A stretch of DNA of 64,000 nt from Thermoproteota archaeon (GTDB lineage Archaea > Thermoproteota > Thermoprotei > Gearchaeales > Gearchaeaceae): positions 1,542 to 65,541 of the forward strand of contig JBEPZU010000004.1 of assembly GCA_041640715.1 (NCBI GenBank), given 5' to 3'. Below, piece after piece: positions 49,893 to 59,534 of this stretch (positions within the stretch are counted from its first letter, which is position 1; every line of letters starts with the position of its first letter). The position numbers and the translations under genes are program-made. Below the pieces are notes generated by a model. It did no database searches, was not told the origin of the DNA, and was given only the letters and a program-made list of their open reading frames with translations.

Positions 49893-50961
49893 AAAGATGA
49901 ATGCATTAATACATGGCTACTTTGGCATGGGTAATGTTGGTGACGAAGCTATTCTAAGTGCATTAATCGAGGAGTTAAGGTCTAGGGATATTGAGCCCAT
50001 TGTTCTTTCAGCAGATCCTGGCCGAACAGCTAGATTGCATGGGGTCCAATCTTGTCGTGAAAAAATTCTTTCTCTAAGATTTTGGAGATATTTCCTCAAA
50101 TCTTCCACGCTTATATTCGCTGGCGGAGGAAGGTATGGCAAGAGTACTCTAAGGAGGATGTGCATACTAGCCCTGCTAGCTAAAGTAATGGGTAAAAAGG
50201 CTGAATTCAGAGCACAAGGCATATATCCCTATGAGTGGAGCGGCTTACCAATAATTACTGATACGCCAAAGCCATTCGACAGCCTCACTAGGTTATTTAT
50301 TAAATTAACGTTCACGATCGCTGATAAGGTAACAGTAAGAGATGAGTTCTCAAGGCAGGTGCTATCACTATGCGGAGTATTAAGAAATGTTGAAATAGAG
50401 GACGATCTTGCGTTCACATTAAAGCCTATCTACGAGAAATCATTGCACATTCTTTCTAAGCATGGCGTAAGCTTAGATCATAAACCATTGATAGGTGTGA
50501 ATCTCCGCACTTTACATCCAAAAATCAGACATAAACTTGTTGACGTGATGTCTGAATTTCTCAATTGGTTAGCATCATCGGGTGCAGAATTGGTCTTCGT
50601 GCCATTTGGCTACGGGAGCAGACCGGAGAGGTTCTTTGATGATGATCTAATCATAGCCAAAGAACTTAAGAAGCGTATGAGGAATGCAGAAAGACTGAAG
50701 GTCATCGATAATGAATATAAGCCTCAAGAAATCATGGGTTTTTTTAGGTTCTTTAACCTATTTGTAGGTATGAGATTCCATTCAATAATCTTCTCAATAA
50801 TGATGGAAGTCCCCACAATAGCGATGATTTATGACACAAAGACAATGGAGCTTTTAAAGAGTAAAGAAGTTAATCGCTGTATTCCAGTCAAAATAGATGA
50901 GCTAAATATAGATGTGTTAAAGAATGCTACTAGAATTCTCTTAAGTTCAAAGCATGAATGA
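49876..50961 (+). CDS. polysaccharide pyruvyl transferase (CsaB/WcaK family)
   Basis: 361 aa. N-terminal HGYFGMGNVGDEAIL signature. Confidence 0.7.
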   Translation: MRLEYRKMNALIHGYFGMGNVGDEAILSALIEELRSRDIEPIVLSADPGRTARLHGVQSCREKILSLRFWRYFLKSSTLIFAGGGRYGKSTLRRMCILALLAKVMGKKAEFRAQGIYPYEWSGLPIITDTPKPFDSLTRLFIKLTFTIADKVTVRDEFSRQVLSLCGVLRNVEIEDDLAFTLKPIYEKSLHILSKHGVSLDHKPLIGVNLRTLHPKIRHKLVDVMSEFLNWLASSGAELVFVPFGYGSRPERFFDDDLIIAKELKKRMRNAERLKVIDNEYKPQEIMGFFRFFNLFVGMRFHSIIFSIMMEVPTIAMIYDTKTMELLKSKEVNRCIPVKIDELNIDVLKNATRILLSSKHE

Positions 50962-51039
50962 TGGACGCACATGAAGCTAGTACGTTAAACCCAACAAGAG
51001 AATGACATCCACCCAATAAGTGCTTTACTCGAGGAGAAG

Positions 51040-51480
51040 GTGCAAGTTCTCAGAAAGATTTTCAAGCTGTGGCTAAGCTTAGACATAATTAGTATCCTCA
51101 TAAAATTTCTGACCAGCGTTTACATCCCTTTAAGGCTAGGTTACCTTATAATAGGCAATACATCTGGCCGCCACTCGATAAAGAAAGAAATGCAAGATAT
51201 CCTTTCTCCACATAGATACGTAGAGGTAGAGGTTAAGACCCTAGATCAGTTAATGGATGAGCTTAAGCTAAGCAGGGTAAGCTTCATAAAGATAGATGCA
51301 GAAGGCGCTGAGTTATACTCAAAGGTGACAAGAGGCTACTGAGAGAGAACAACGTATTCCTAGCAATAACCACCTACCATATTCCAACAGAGATTTATTA
51401 GCTCTCTAGATACTTACTAAGAAATGGTTTTAGGGTATTCACATTAGCACGTAAGTACGTATACGTTTTTAAACCGAGCA
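51040..51480 (+). pseudogene. 5'-truncated, frameshifted FkbM-family methyltransferase remnant
   Basis: Track ORF 51040..51342 carries the FkbM C-terminal motif FIKIDAEGAELYS. The next frame continues with FLAITTYHIPTEIY..., parallel to the 46672 paralog's C-terminus. Confidence 0.45.
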
Positions 51481-51576
51481 TATCGTCACCATTTTCTATT
51501 TTCGAACAATTTTGGAATTCTTAGATTCATAGGAAATTATGTTTGAAGCTTAATAATTAACAAAACTTTATATGGT

Positions 51577-52335
51577 ATGCTTAACCTGCATTCGATGAAA
51601 CCCTTATATAATATTTACCGGTATCTTGTTATTTCTAGACTTGCTGAGCGAAGGCTTAGAAGAGCTATCGCTAATAGTATTGAGGATATTGTTAATGTTG
51701 CCTTTAGCTTTAAGTATAGGGACCCAATTGCTAGTTCGATCATTAGACGAGAAGTAGCTATTGACATTAAGCCCATGCAAATATATGATGAGATCTTTGG
51801 GCTCGCAAGAATAGTGGCCTCTCTGAAGCCAAGAACTATCCTTGAAATTGGCACCTCAAAAGGTGGTACTCTTTTCATTTGGTGCAGATTGGCTAGCGAT
51901 GATGCAACCATAATCAGCGTTGATCTACCTGGAGGAGAGTTTGGCGGCGGTTATCCTAGGTGGAGGATTCCTCTCTTTAATTCATTCATAAAGAGAGAGC
52001 AAAAGCTTCACTTGATAAGAAAGGATTCTCACAAGCTCAGTACACTTAAAATGGTCAAGGAGATTTTGGGCGAGAAAAAGCTCGATTTTCTCTTCATTGA
52101 TGGCGATCATACCTATGAAGGTGTTAAGAAGGATTTTGAAATGTACTCTCCGCTAGTTAGAAAAGAGGGAATTATTGCATTTCATGATATAGTTCCTCAC
52201 GACAAAGATCATGATCCAAAAAGGATTGTAGGCGTCCCTGAATTTTGGAGTTGGATTAAAAGGCATTATAGATACATAGAAATAGTAAAAGATAGATATC
52301 AGGGTTGGGCGGGGATAGGAGTTCTTTATGTGTAA
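51577..52335 (+). CDS. class I SAM-dependent O-methyltransferase (TylF/CmcI, macrocin-O-MTase-like)
   Basis: 252 aa. ILEIGTSKGGTLFIW...FIDGDHTYEGV...FHD pattern. Confidence 0.7.
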   Translation: MLNLHSMKPLYNIYRYLVISRLAERRLRRAIANSIEDIVNVAFSFKYRDPIASSIIRREVAIDIKPMQIYDEIFGLARIVASLKPRTILEIGTSKGGTLFIWCRLASDDATIISVDLPGGEFGGGYPRWRIPLFNSFIKREQKLHLIRKDSHKLSTLKMVKEILGEKKLDFLFIDGDHTYEGVKKDFEMYSPLVRKEGIIAFHDIVPHDKDHDPKRIVGVPEFWSWIKRHYRYIEIVKDRYQGWAGIGVLYV

Positions 52336-52862
52336 TACAAGCTTAATTGAATTTTTCATAGAATATAGTGGTCTAGGTCTTGTTCCTGCTCCGCCTTGTC
52401 GAATAATCCCTTTCATGAAGGAGTACAGTAATAGCGCTACGACAGTCATCTTAACAATAGGCGTATGATAGAAGGAGGAATGGTCCACTTAATCTTTGAG
52501 GTTAAGATCTTTAGCGAAATCTTTCTAATAAGAGGCATACCAGACAGTTCAGAGATAGCTTTCGTTCTTCTTCGCAAGATAATCGAGTATACTACTACCT
52601 AAATCAGTTTCTTAATCTACAGAATGTTATCTTAAATAAGGCAAGAAATCTAATCACAATACCCTTCACATGCGAAAGCTTGTCGCTGGGTTTGAAAAGT
52701 CAAAGAAAATTGTTTAAGAAAACACTAAACAGATCGATAGAGGCGATTTTATTTATCATTATCCATTATACATGCTCATGTTCAATAACCTCCAAGAAAT
52801 TAACTAAAGATAGGAATATCTAAGATGCAATAGGTTTTTAATTGGCTCCACTTCTTACATCT

Positions 52863-52973
52863 ATGATACTCTTAGTCACAAGTGGCTTAGGCTTCATAGG
52901 TAGCAACTCCACCAGAGACGTGTTCTCGACTCACGGAAATACCAAAGTTATCAATACAGATCAATATCCATGA
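52863..52973 (+). pseudogene. 36-codon relic of dTDP-glucose 4,6-dehydratase (rfbB) N-terminus, stop overlapping the rfbD start (ATGA)
   Basis: MILLVTSGLGFIGSNSTRDVFSTHGNTKVINTDQYP* matches the Rossmann start of RmlB (MxILVTGGAGFIGSN...VxNxDKLTY) with GG changed to SG. Preceded by 520 bp of non-coding DNA. Confidence 0.5.
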
Positions 52974-53875
52974 GAATTCTAATTACAGGTGCCAGTAGTC
53001 TTCCAGGATATAGAACCATGCTGGCCATGTTGAAGCAGGGGCATGAGGTAATCGCTACTTATTATACCCATGAGATACCTCTTACTGAAGATTCATCTTT
53101 GATTAAGATAAGAGCTGACATCAAAGATTTTGAAGGACTTTCAAGCATTTTTGAAAAACATAAGCCAGAAGTTGTAATACATACAGCTGCATATGGTGAT
53201 GTAGACGGATGCGAGAAGAACCCTATCGCTGCGTATAAAATTAACGTAGAAGGGACTGTTAATGTAGTGAAATTGGCCAACAAGTACTCTAAATACATTC
53301 TATACCTATCTACTGATTATGTATTTGATGGACTACGAGGGGAATATGAGGAATCAGAACCGCCAAAACCCTTGAATTACTATGGACTAACCAAGCTTTG
53401 TGGTGAAATAGCGATCTTATCTTCTTCAATTGAACATGCTATTGTAAGAGCCAGTTCGATTTATGGGATTGGTCCAGGAAGGGAGAATTTTGCTAAATTC
53501 CTTATAAAGAAATTGAGTGCTAAAGAAAGAATCAAAGCATTAATAGACCAATATACCACACCAACACAAGCTTCACTTTTAGCAGAAGCCATCTCTGAAA
53601 TAATAAAGAATAAATATACCGGAATATTCCATGTAGTGGGTGAAAAAATGAGTAGATATGAGTTTGCACTACGTATTGCTGAAACTTTCGGTTTTGATAA
53701 AAATCTTATCGATACTTCCAGAATAGAAGAGATGAAATGGTTCGCACCTAGACCGAGAGATTCAAGTCTTAAATGCGAACATACTAAAAGTATCCTTAAG
53801 TTAGACTTCCATTCAACTGAAAAAGCCTTCAATACTCTTAAAAAAGAATACGAAGAATCAAGGGGGATTATATGA
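52970..53875 (+). CDS. rfbD: dTDP-4-dehydrorhamnose reductase
   Basis: 301 aa. MRILITGASS...YxxxK (YGLTKL). RmlD-like length and motifs. Confidence 0.75.
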   Translation: MRILITGASSLPGYRTMLAMLKQGHEVIATYYTHEIPLTEDSSLIKIRADIKDFEGLSSIFEKHKPEVVIHTAAYGDVDGCEKNPIAAYKINVEGTVNVVKLANKYSKYILYLSTDYVFDGLRGEYEESEPPKPLNYYGLTKLCGEIAILSSSIEHAIVRASSIYGIGPGRENFAKFLIKKLSAKERIKALIDQYTTPTQASLLAEAISEIIKNKYTGIFHVVGEKMSRYEFALRIAETFGFDKNLIDTSRIEEMKWFAPRPRDSSLKCEHTKSILKLDFHSTEKAFNTLKKEYEESRGII

Positions 53876-54888
53876 AGGTTTTGGTTACAGGTGGCGCTGG
53901 ATACATAGGCTCGATTCTTGTTAGACTCCTTCTTGAACGGGGCTATGATGTTGTGGTTTTAGATAGGTTATTCTTCGGCAAAGATTCGCTAAAAAATGTA
54001 GAAGATCAAATCAAAATTATCAAGAATGATATAAGGTGGTTCGAACCAGATGTTCTTAAAGGCATAGAGACCGTACTAGATCTTGCGGCATTATCCAATG
54101 ATCCTGCTGGTGAAATCGACCCGCAAAAAACAATCGAAATAAACTACGAGGGAAGAGTTCGTGTTGCAAAACTTGCCAAGAAGAAAGGTGTCAGAAGATA
54201 TATACTAGCAAGTAGTTGCAGCGTGTACGGGTTTCAAGAAGGAATCTTAGATGAGAAATCTGCTGTAAAACCTCTAACTACATATGCTAAAGCTAATTAT
54301 ATGGCAGAAAATGACACGCGCCCTCTATCAGATAGGAATTTTGTAGTTACTGTTCTTAGGCAGGCTACGGTTTATGGTTTTAGTTACAGAATGCGTTTTG
54401 ACCTTGCTATAAACGGCATGGTAAGAAGCCTATTTAAAAATGGTAAGATTAGGATAATGAGGGATGGTACCCAATGGAGACCTTTTGTTCACGTTAAGGA
54501 TGCCGCGATGGCTTTCATCCATGTAATGGAGGCCGATCCTGAATTAATCAATAATGAAATATTTAATGTAGGTAGCGATGACCAAAACGTTCAGATTTTT
54601 AAGCTAGCAGAAACTGTAGCAGAAAGTTGCGGCCAGGAGTTTAAGTATGAATGGTACGGATATCCAGATTATAGAAGTTATATAGTAAGTTTCAAAAAAA
54701 TAAGAGAAATCCTCGGATACAAAACGAAATATACCATAACTGAAGGTATAAGGGAGGTCTGGCAATCCTTGTTAAACGGTACATTAAATCCAGATGATCC
54801 AAGAGCAATAACTGTTGAATGGTATAAACACCTTCTTGAAATGCAGAAGTTTCTAAAAGATATAGAAATAAACGGCAAGTTGCTTTAG
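53872..54888 (+). CDS. NAD-dependent sugar epimerase/dehydratase (extended SDR)
   Basis: 338 aa. VTGGAGYIGS, SSCSVYG, YAKAN (YxxxK). Overlaps the rfbD stop. Confidence 0.75.
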   Translation: MKVLVTGGAGYIGSILVRLLLERGYDVVVLDRLFFGKDSLKNVEDQIKIIKNDIRWFEPDVLKGIETVLDLAALSNDPAGEIDPQKTIEINYEGRVRVAKLAKKKGVRRYILASSCSVYGFQEGILDEKSAVKPLTTYAKANYMAENDTRPLSDRNFVVTVLRQATVYGFSYRMRFDLAINGMVRSLFKNGKIRIMRDGTQWRPFVHVKDAAMAFIHVMEADPELINNEIFNVGSDDQNVQIFKLAETVAESCGQEFKYEWYGYPDYRSYIVSFKKIREILGYKTKYTITEGIREVWQSLLNGTLNPDDPRAITVEWYKHLLEMQKFLKDIEINGKLL

Positions 54889-55563
54889 AATCACATATTC
54901 AATTCGCTTTTATTTGAGCGCTTAAACATTTTGTAATTTTATTTAATTGTCATTTTAGAATTAGATTGTTCTTTAGGTGTTTTGGATTAAAACGTTCTTT
55001 AGAATATATAACTTAAGATTGGGTGTTAAACATGTAGAGACTAGAAAATTTAACAATATTTCATAAATACAAAAGTATCTAAAAAAGAAATAGTCTTTTG
55101 AGAAAAAATTATTTGAGCGAATTAAAACCAAATAGTTATAAAGAAAATTAGAATCCTATAAGCAAAAATCCTGGTAGGTCTAAGAAAAAATGGAAGGCTT
55201 TCACCTAACAAATCTTCCGAGAAGAATTTTACATATTTGATTTTTAAACGTGCAACATTCAAAGCACTCTTCAAAGCTATCTCTGAAATAACATCGGTCA
55301 TAAAGGATACTTTGAAGCAAAATTTCAAATTTTTAGGTTCAAAGATTAGATGATAGGAAAGGTTGCGAGGAGGCTAATTGAGCACATTTTTCAGCGTTTT
55401 TTAAACAGGTCGCTAGAAATTACTGTAGAGAAAGTAACTTATTACATATAAAAGAAACGACTAATTTTATTAAAACTTTAGTAAAAATTTTAAAAAAGAG
55501 GAAAATATAAGTTGGAGACTAATAAAGAATTATTTTTAAGAGATGAACATAGCTGAGTTGTAG

Positions 55564-56418
55564 ATGAACGTAACTAAGGCTCTGATAGAGATCGTTGAAA
55601 AAAACAAGTTTCCAGAAATCGATCTTAAGTTAATATTAGACAACGCATCTAGAAACAAGATACTTCTTCATATTTTGAGAGTTTTGGGGATTGAAGGTAC
55701 TATTAGGGAAGAGCAGGAGTCGATGTTTAAGAAGAGGTTAAGCGTGATTGAAACGATCTCTAAACTCATGAAAAACTATGAATACGCTTTTTTTAAATTA
55801 CTTAAGCCCGTGAGTTACGTTCCTGCTGATATCGACGTTCTTGTGAATCCAAGCCAAATCAGGGATATCATGATCAATATGAAAAGCATAGGTTATAATT
55901 TAGCTGTTAAAGACCCCTATTGCATAACGATGGTAAAGGGCGATTCGATCGTGGACTTCTATGTTCATCCGAGCGTTGGAGGTATGATATTCCTCAACGG
56001 TAAAATATTGATCGAACATGCCTCAATCGAAGATTTCAACGGTCTTGAAGTTAGAAGTTTAGAAAAGCATGTAGAAGCTCTTGTAGATGCAGCCCATGCT
56101 ATCTACAAAGAGAAGCTATATACCTTGAACGATTTCTTCGTTACCAAAAGATGGGTTTCTAAGAAAAGCTTTAAAATAGCAGAAGAACTTGCATGTGAAA
56201 AAGCCCTTAGATTTGCTTTAAGTCTAAATGAGTTGATAAGTTCAGGTTTTCCTGAAACGCCCATTAAGCTCTCTACTGTCCAATGGATAAACATGTTAAT
56301 GCGAAAGATCAAAGAAGACAGGCTTGCCAGGATGACTTCTTACAATATAATTAAGTCTTTAACTCATGAAAGAAGTATAAGCATATTGGTATCAAAAATG
56401 AGGAGAGAAACTTATTGA
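55564..56418 (+). CDS. hypothetical protein (possibly minimal nucleotidyltransferase-like)
   Basis: 284 aa. ADIDVLV resembles an NTase DxD strand but the upstream Gly-Ser is missing. First gene after a 675-bp AT-rich spacer. Confidence 0.3.
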   Translation: MNVTKALIEIVEKNKFPEIDLKLILDNASRNKILLHILRVLGIEGTIREEQESMFKKRLSVIETISKLMKNYEYAFFKLLKPVSYVPADIDVLVNPSQIRDIMINMKSIGYNLAVKDPYCITMVKGDSIVDFYVHPSVGGMIFLNGKILIEHASIEDFNGLEVRSLEKHVEALVDAAHAIYKEKLYTLNDFFVTKRWVSKKSFKIAEELACEKALRFALSLNELISSGFPETPIKLSTVQWINMLMRKIKEDRLARMTSYNIIKSLTHERSISILVSKMRRETY

Positions 56419-56458
56419 TGCCCATTTTGGTAAAATATGCTTTGCTCACTAGATTGAG

Positions 56459-57085
56459 ATGTTGATCGTACTTTTCGGGCCCGATCGTTCTGGAAAGTCT
56501 ACTTTAGCTAAAGCTTTAGCTAATAAGCTTTCCAAGGAGGGCTATAAAATAGAGGTAAGATGGATGCGGGGTACGCATACACTAGCATCGTTATTGGCCA
56601 CTTTTTTGTCGAGATTTGAAAGCTTCAAGGGATCAGGAAATCCATATTATCAAATCAGCATACCGAAGAATTTCCTAAGAACGTGGCAGCTCATTGAATT
56701 CATTTCAGTTTTACCTGTTTTGATTTTCAGGTTCATTTTGCCTAGTTCATTGAAAATCGTTGTTGCAGAGAGATATACCCCAGACTTCATAGCTTGGGTT
56801 TCCATCACAACCAATGATGATTATATTAATAGATTTGAAGCGAAGTTCTTGCTGGCCCTAGTACATAAAGCTGCAATTAAGGTTTACGTTACTGCAGAGA
56901 TCGATAAACTCCAAGAAAGGGGTGAAAAAGACACTAACTTCCTAAAAAAACAGATCACAGTTTACGAGAAGATAGCCAAAAGCATAAATGCCTTCAAGCT
57001 CGATACTACTGATAGAAATGTAGACGAATCTTCGAACGCAATTATCAATCTTCTAAGAGCAAAAAGTAGCTCTCAGTTAAAATAA
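56459..57085 (+). CDS. P-loop kinase, thymidylate/nucleoside-kinase-like
   Basis: 208 aa. Walker A LFGPDRSGKSTLAKAL and a DRY-like VVAERYTPD motif. Confidence 0.45.
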   Translation: MLIVLFGPDRSGKSTLAKALANKLSKEGYKIEVRWMRGTHTLASLLATFLSRFESFKGSGNPYYQISIPKNFLRTWQLIEFISVLPVLIFRFILPSSLKIVVAERYTPDFIAWVSITTNDDYINRFEAKFLLALVHKAAIKVYVTAEIDKLQERGEKDTNFLKKQITVYEKIAKSINAFKLDTTDRNVDESSNAIINLLRAKSSSQLK

Positions 57086-57110
57086 ATTAATCAGAAATCC
57101 AATAGACAGG

Positions 57111-58142
57111 TTGTCATCACAAATCATGAAAGAAAAAGGCGAAAAACAGCAAATAGCTCTTATAGCATGGGCTAGGCTTAGCAGGAGAACAAGGGATTTA
57201 GCTCAGGTACTAGGAGCTAAACTTATCTTCATACCAGATATGCCTCCTTATCTTAGAGCGTGGATCGAAACAAAACATATTCTGGAAAAATTAAGACCGA
57301 AGCTCGTAATCGCTCAACTCCCTCAAGGTCCTTTATTATGGAGAGTATTAAATCTTTCTAAACGCTTAAAATATCGCGTAGTAGCTGACGTTCACACCAG
57401 TTTCGTAGTGCATGATTCCCTGAAAGGTTTATTCCTTAATAGACCTTTTCAGCATTTATTAGGGGAAGCAGATCTTTTAATGGCACATAATGAACCACAA
57501 GCGAAATTAATAGAAACTATGGCTGGAATATCAAGAGAGAAAATATTGATAGTTTATGATCCTTTGCCAATACCCCCAAAAACTGAGGAACCACCAATAG
57601 AAATTCTGAGGAGAAAAGAGTATATCTTACTACCCGCATCATGGGCAAGCGACGAACCTATCTACGAAATAGTCAAAATATACATCGAATTGGGATTGAA
57701 TTATATTTTAGTTTTAACCAATAACCCCCACCGCAACAAAAGATTTTACAAGAAATTACAAAAAATAATTAAAAACAAACCTATCATCTTAACGGGTTAT
57801 CTACCAATTCGGCAGTACGCATGGGTATTTCAAAATGCTAAAGCGATAATAGCGGCGACCAAAAGAGAATATACCATGTTATCGTCGATATGGGAAGCGG
57901 TAGCGTATAAGAAACCTTTCTTAGTATTACAGACAAAAACACTCAAAGAGATATTAGGTAATAACTATCCGTGCTTCTTCAGTTTGTCGTCAAACAGCAT
58001 GAAAGCTGCTATTGAAAAATGTTTAGAAGAATCTATTAGGAGAGAAATAAAAAAAGTGATCGAAAAACTATCACTAAATTCCAGCTTAAGCTTAGAAAGA
58101 TTAAGTAAAACACTTAATAAGCTCTGCGAAGAATATTCTTAG
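57111..58142 (+). CDS. GT-B-fold glycosyltransferase-like protein (divergent)
   Basis: 343 aa. C-terminal half shows a Rossmann-like pattern with WEAVAYKKPFLVLQT, reminiscent of the GT4 donor domain. Confidence 0.35.
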   Translation: MSSQIMKEKGEKQQIALIAWARLSRRTRDLAQVLGAKLIFIPDMPPYLRAWIETKHILEKLRPKLVIAQLPQGPLLWRVLNLSKRLKYRVVADVHTSFVVHDSLKGLFLNRPFQHLLGEADLLMAHNEPQAKLIETMAGISREKILIVYDPLPIPPKTEEPPIEILRRKEYILLPASWASDEPIYEIVKIYIELGLNYILVLTNNPHRNKRFYKKLQKIIKNKPIILTGYLPIRQYAWVFQNAKAIIAATKREYTMLSSIWEAVAYKKPFLVLQTKTLKEILGNNYPCFFSLSSNSMKAAIEKCLEESIRREIKKVIEKLSLNSSLSLERLSKTLNKLCEEYS

Positions 58143-58190
58143 CTACTCAGCTTCCTTAAGATTATAAAGGCTTAAGAGAATTATTTCTCC

Positions 58191-59534
58191 ATGCTTCATC
58201 TTATCACAGTAACTCAAACTCCTCTCGTCAGATTCAAGTTGAGCTTGGATCAGCTAAAGAAAAAATACAAAACATTAGAGCCAAACTTGAACATGTTAAA
58301 AGAAGGAGAAGAATATGTCATTAGCCCAGGAGGCGTTACAAGAACGGTATATCCTTTTCTCCTACGCCTTTCTAATGAAAAGCCTCATTGGGTTTCTTTG
58401 AATCCAAACGCGCCTCCTAAAATCTTCGTTAATAACATAACCATACACCATGTATCAATTCCTGCAGAGGTCGTTAAAGGATACGGAAAAGCTAAAGAGA
58501 TAATATGGCAAGTCTTCCATAGAATAAAGGAAGGAATCTGTCAAGCTCAAGATTTGATGTGGAGTGATGAATTCGCTGATTATATATACTATAATAGAAG
58601 GGTATCGAAGAAGGTTATGGAATTAGATAAAGAAGAAGACTTCGATCTCATATACATACATGATTTCCAGCAAATACCTTTAGGAAGCATGCTCACAACT
58701 GTGAAGCCTAAAATTTTCAGATGGCACATACCTATGGAGCAAATACCCAATGCTTGGCTTAGCTCTATAGAGACTTACCTAAATAGCTATGATTTAATAA
58801 TCATCAGCAGCGAGAGATATTCTAAGGTACTTGAGAAATTGAAATACAAAGGAAAGATAGCAAAAGTATACCCTTTCATCGACCCAAGTCAATATAAATA
58901 TCCTTCACAAAGAGAAGTAGAGGAATTCTCTGCTCGTTATGGCATTTCAAACGAAGATAAAGTAGCCTTAGTAGTAGCTAGAATGGATCCTATGAAAGGG
59001 CAAGATAGAGCGATAAAAGCCTTAAAGATGGTTAAAAAAAGAATAAAAAAAATCAAACTAATGCTAGTAGGAAACGGTAGCTTCTCCAAGACAGGAATAG
59101 GTCTTGACAAAGCTGAGAGATGGTCTAGTCATCTTAAGAGCTTAGTTAAAGAGCTAGAGCTGGAGAAAGAGGTCATATTCACAGGTTATTTAAATCAAAG
59201 AGATTTGGAGAAAGCTTATAGCAGAGCGGATTTGGTCATTTTGCCTTCTGTTATTGAAGGATTTGGACTGGTAATAATAGAAGGATGGCTCTACAAGAAG
59301 CCTGCGTTGGTAAGCAATAAAGCTGGAGTAGCAGACTTAATCAACAACTATGAAAATGGAGTCTTGATAGATCCCGATGACATAGAAGGAATAGCTGAGG
59401 AAATCGTGAAAATCCTCTCAGATGAGAAGTTATCAGAAGAATTAGGCAAATCTGGCTTCGAGACTTCTAAGAAATGTCACGTCGAGGAGGGGATAAAAAA
59501 TGAATTAGAAATACTTCAGAGCATTTCAAAATGA
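58191..59534 (+). CDS. glycosyltransferase family 4 (TreT/sucrose-synthase-like size)
   Basis: 447 aa. EGFGLVIIEGWLYKKPALVSNKAG motif. Confidence 0.7.
   Translation: MLHLITVTQTPLVRFKLSLDQLKKKYKTLEPNLNMLKEGEEYVISPGGVTRTVYPFLLRLSNEKPHWVSLNPNAPPKIFVNNITIHHVSIPAEVVKGYGKAKEIIWQVFHRIKEGICQAQDLMWSDEFADYIYYNRRVSKKVMELDKEEDFDLIYIHDFQQIPLGSMLTTVKPKIFRWHIPMEQIPNAWLSSIETYLNSYDLIIISSERYSKVLEKLKYKGKIAKVYPFIDPSQYKYPSQREVEEFSARYGISNEDKVALVVARMDPMKGQDRAIKALKMVKKRIKKIKLMLVGNGSFSKTGIGLDKAERWSSHLKSLVKELELEKEVIFTGYLNQRDLEKAYSRADLVILPSVIEGFGLVIIEGWLYKKPALVSNKAGVADLINNYENGVLIDPDDIEGIAEEIVKILSDEKLSEELGKSGFETSKKCHVEEGIKNELEILQSISK

Noticed and set aside
55122-55328. 68-aa minus-strand ORF in the 675-bp AT-rich spacer
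   Set aside because: Low-complexity, no start context, inside a region that looks regulatory rather than coding.
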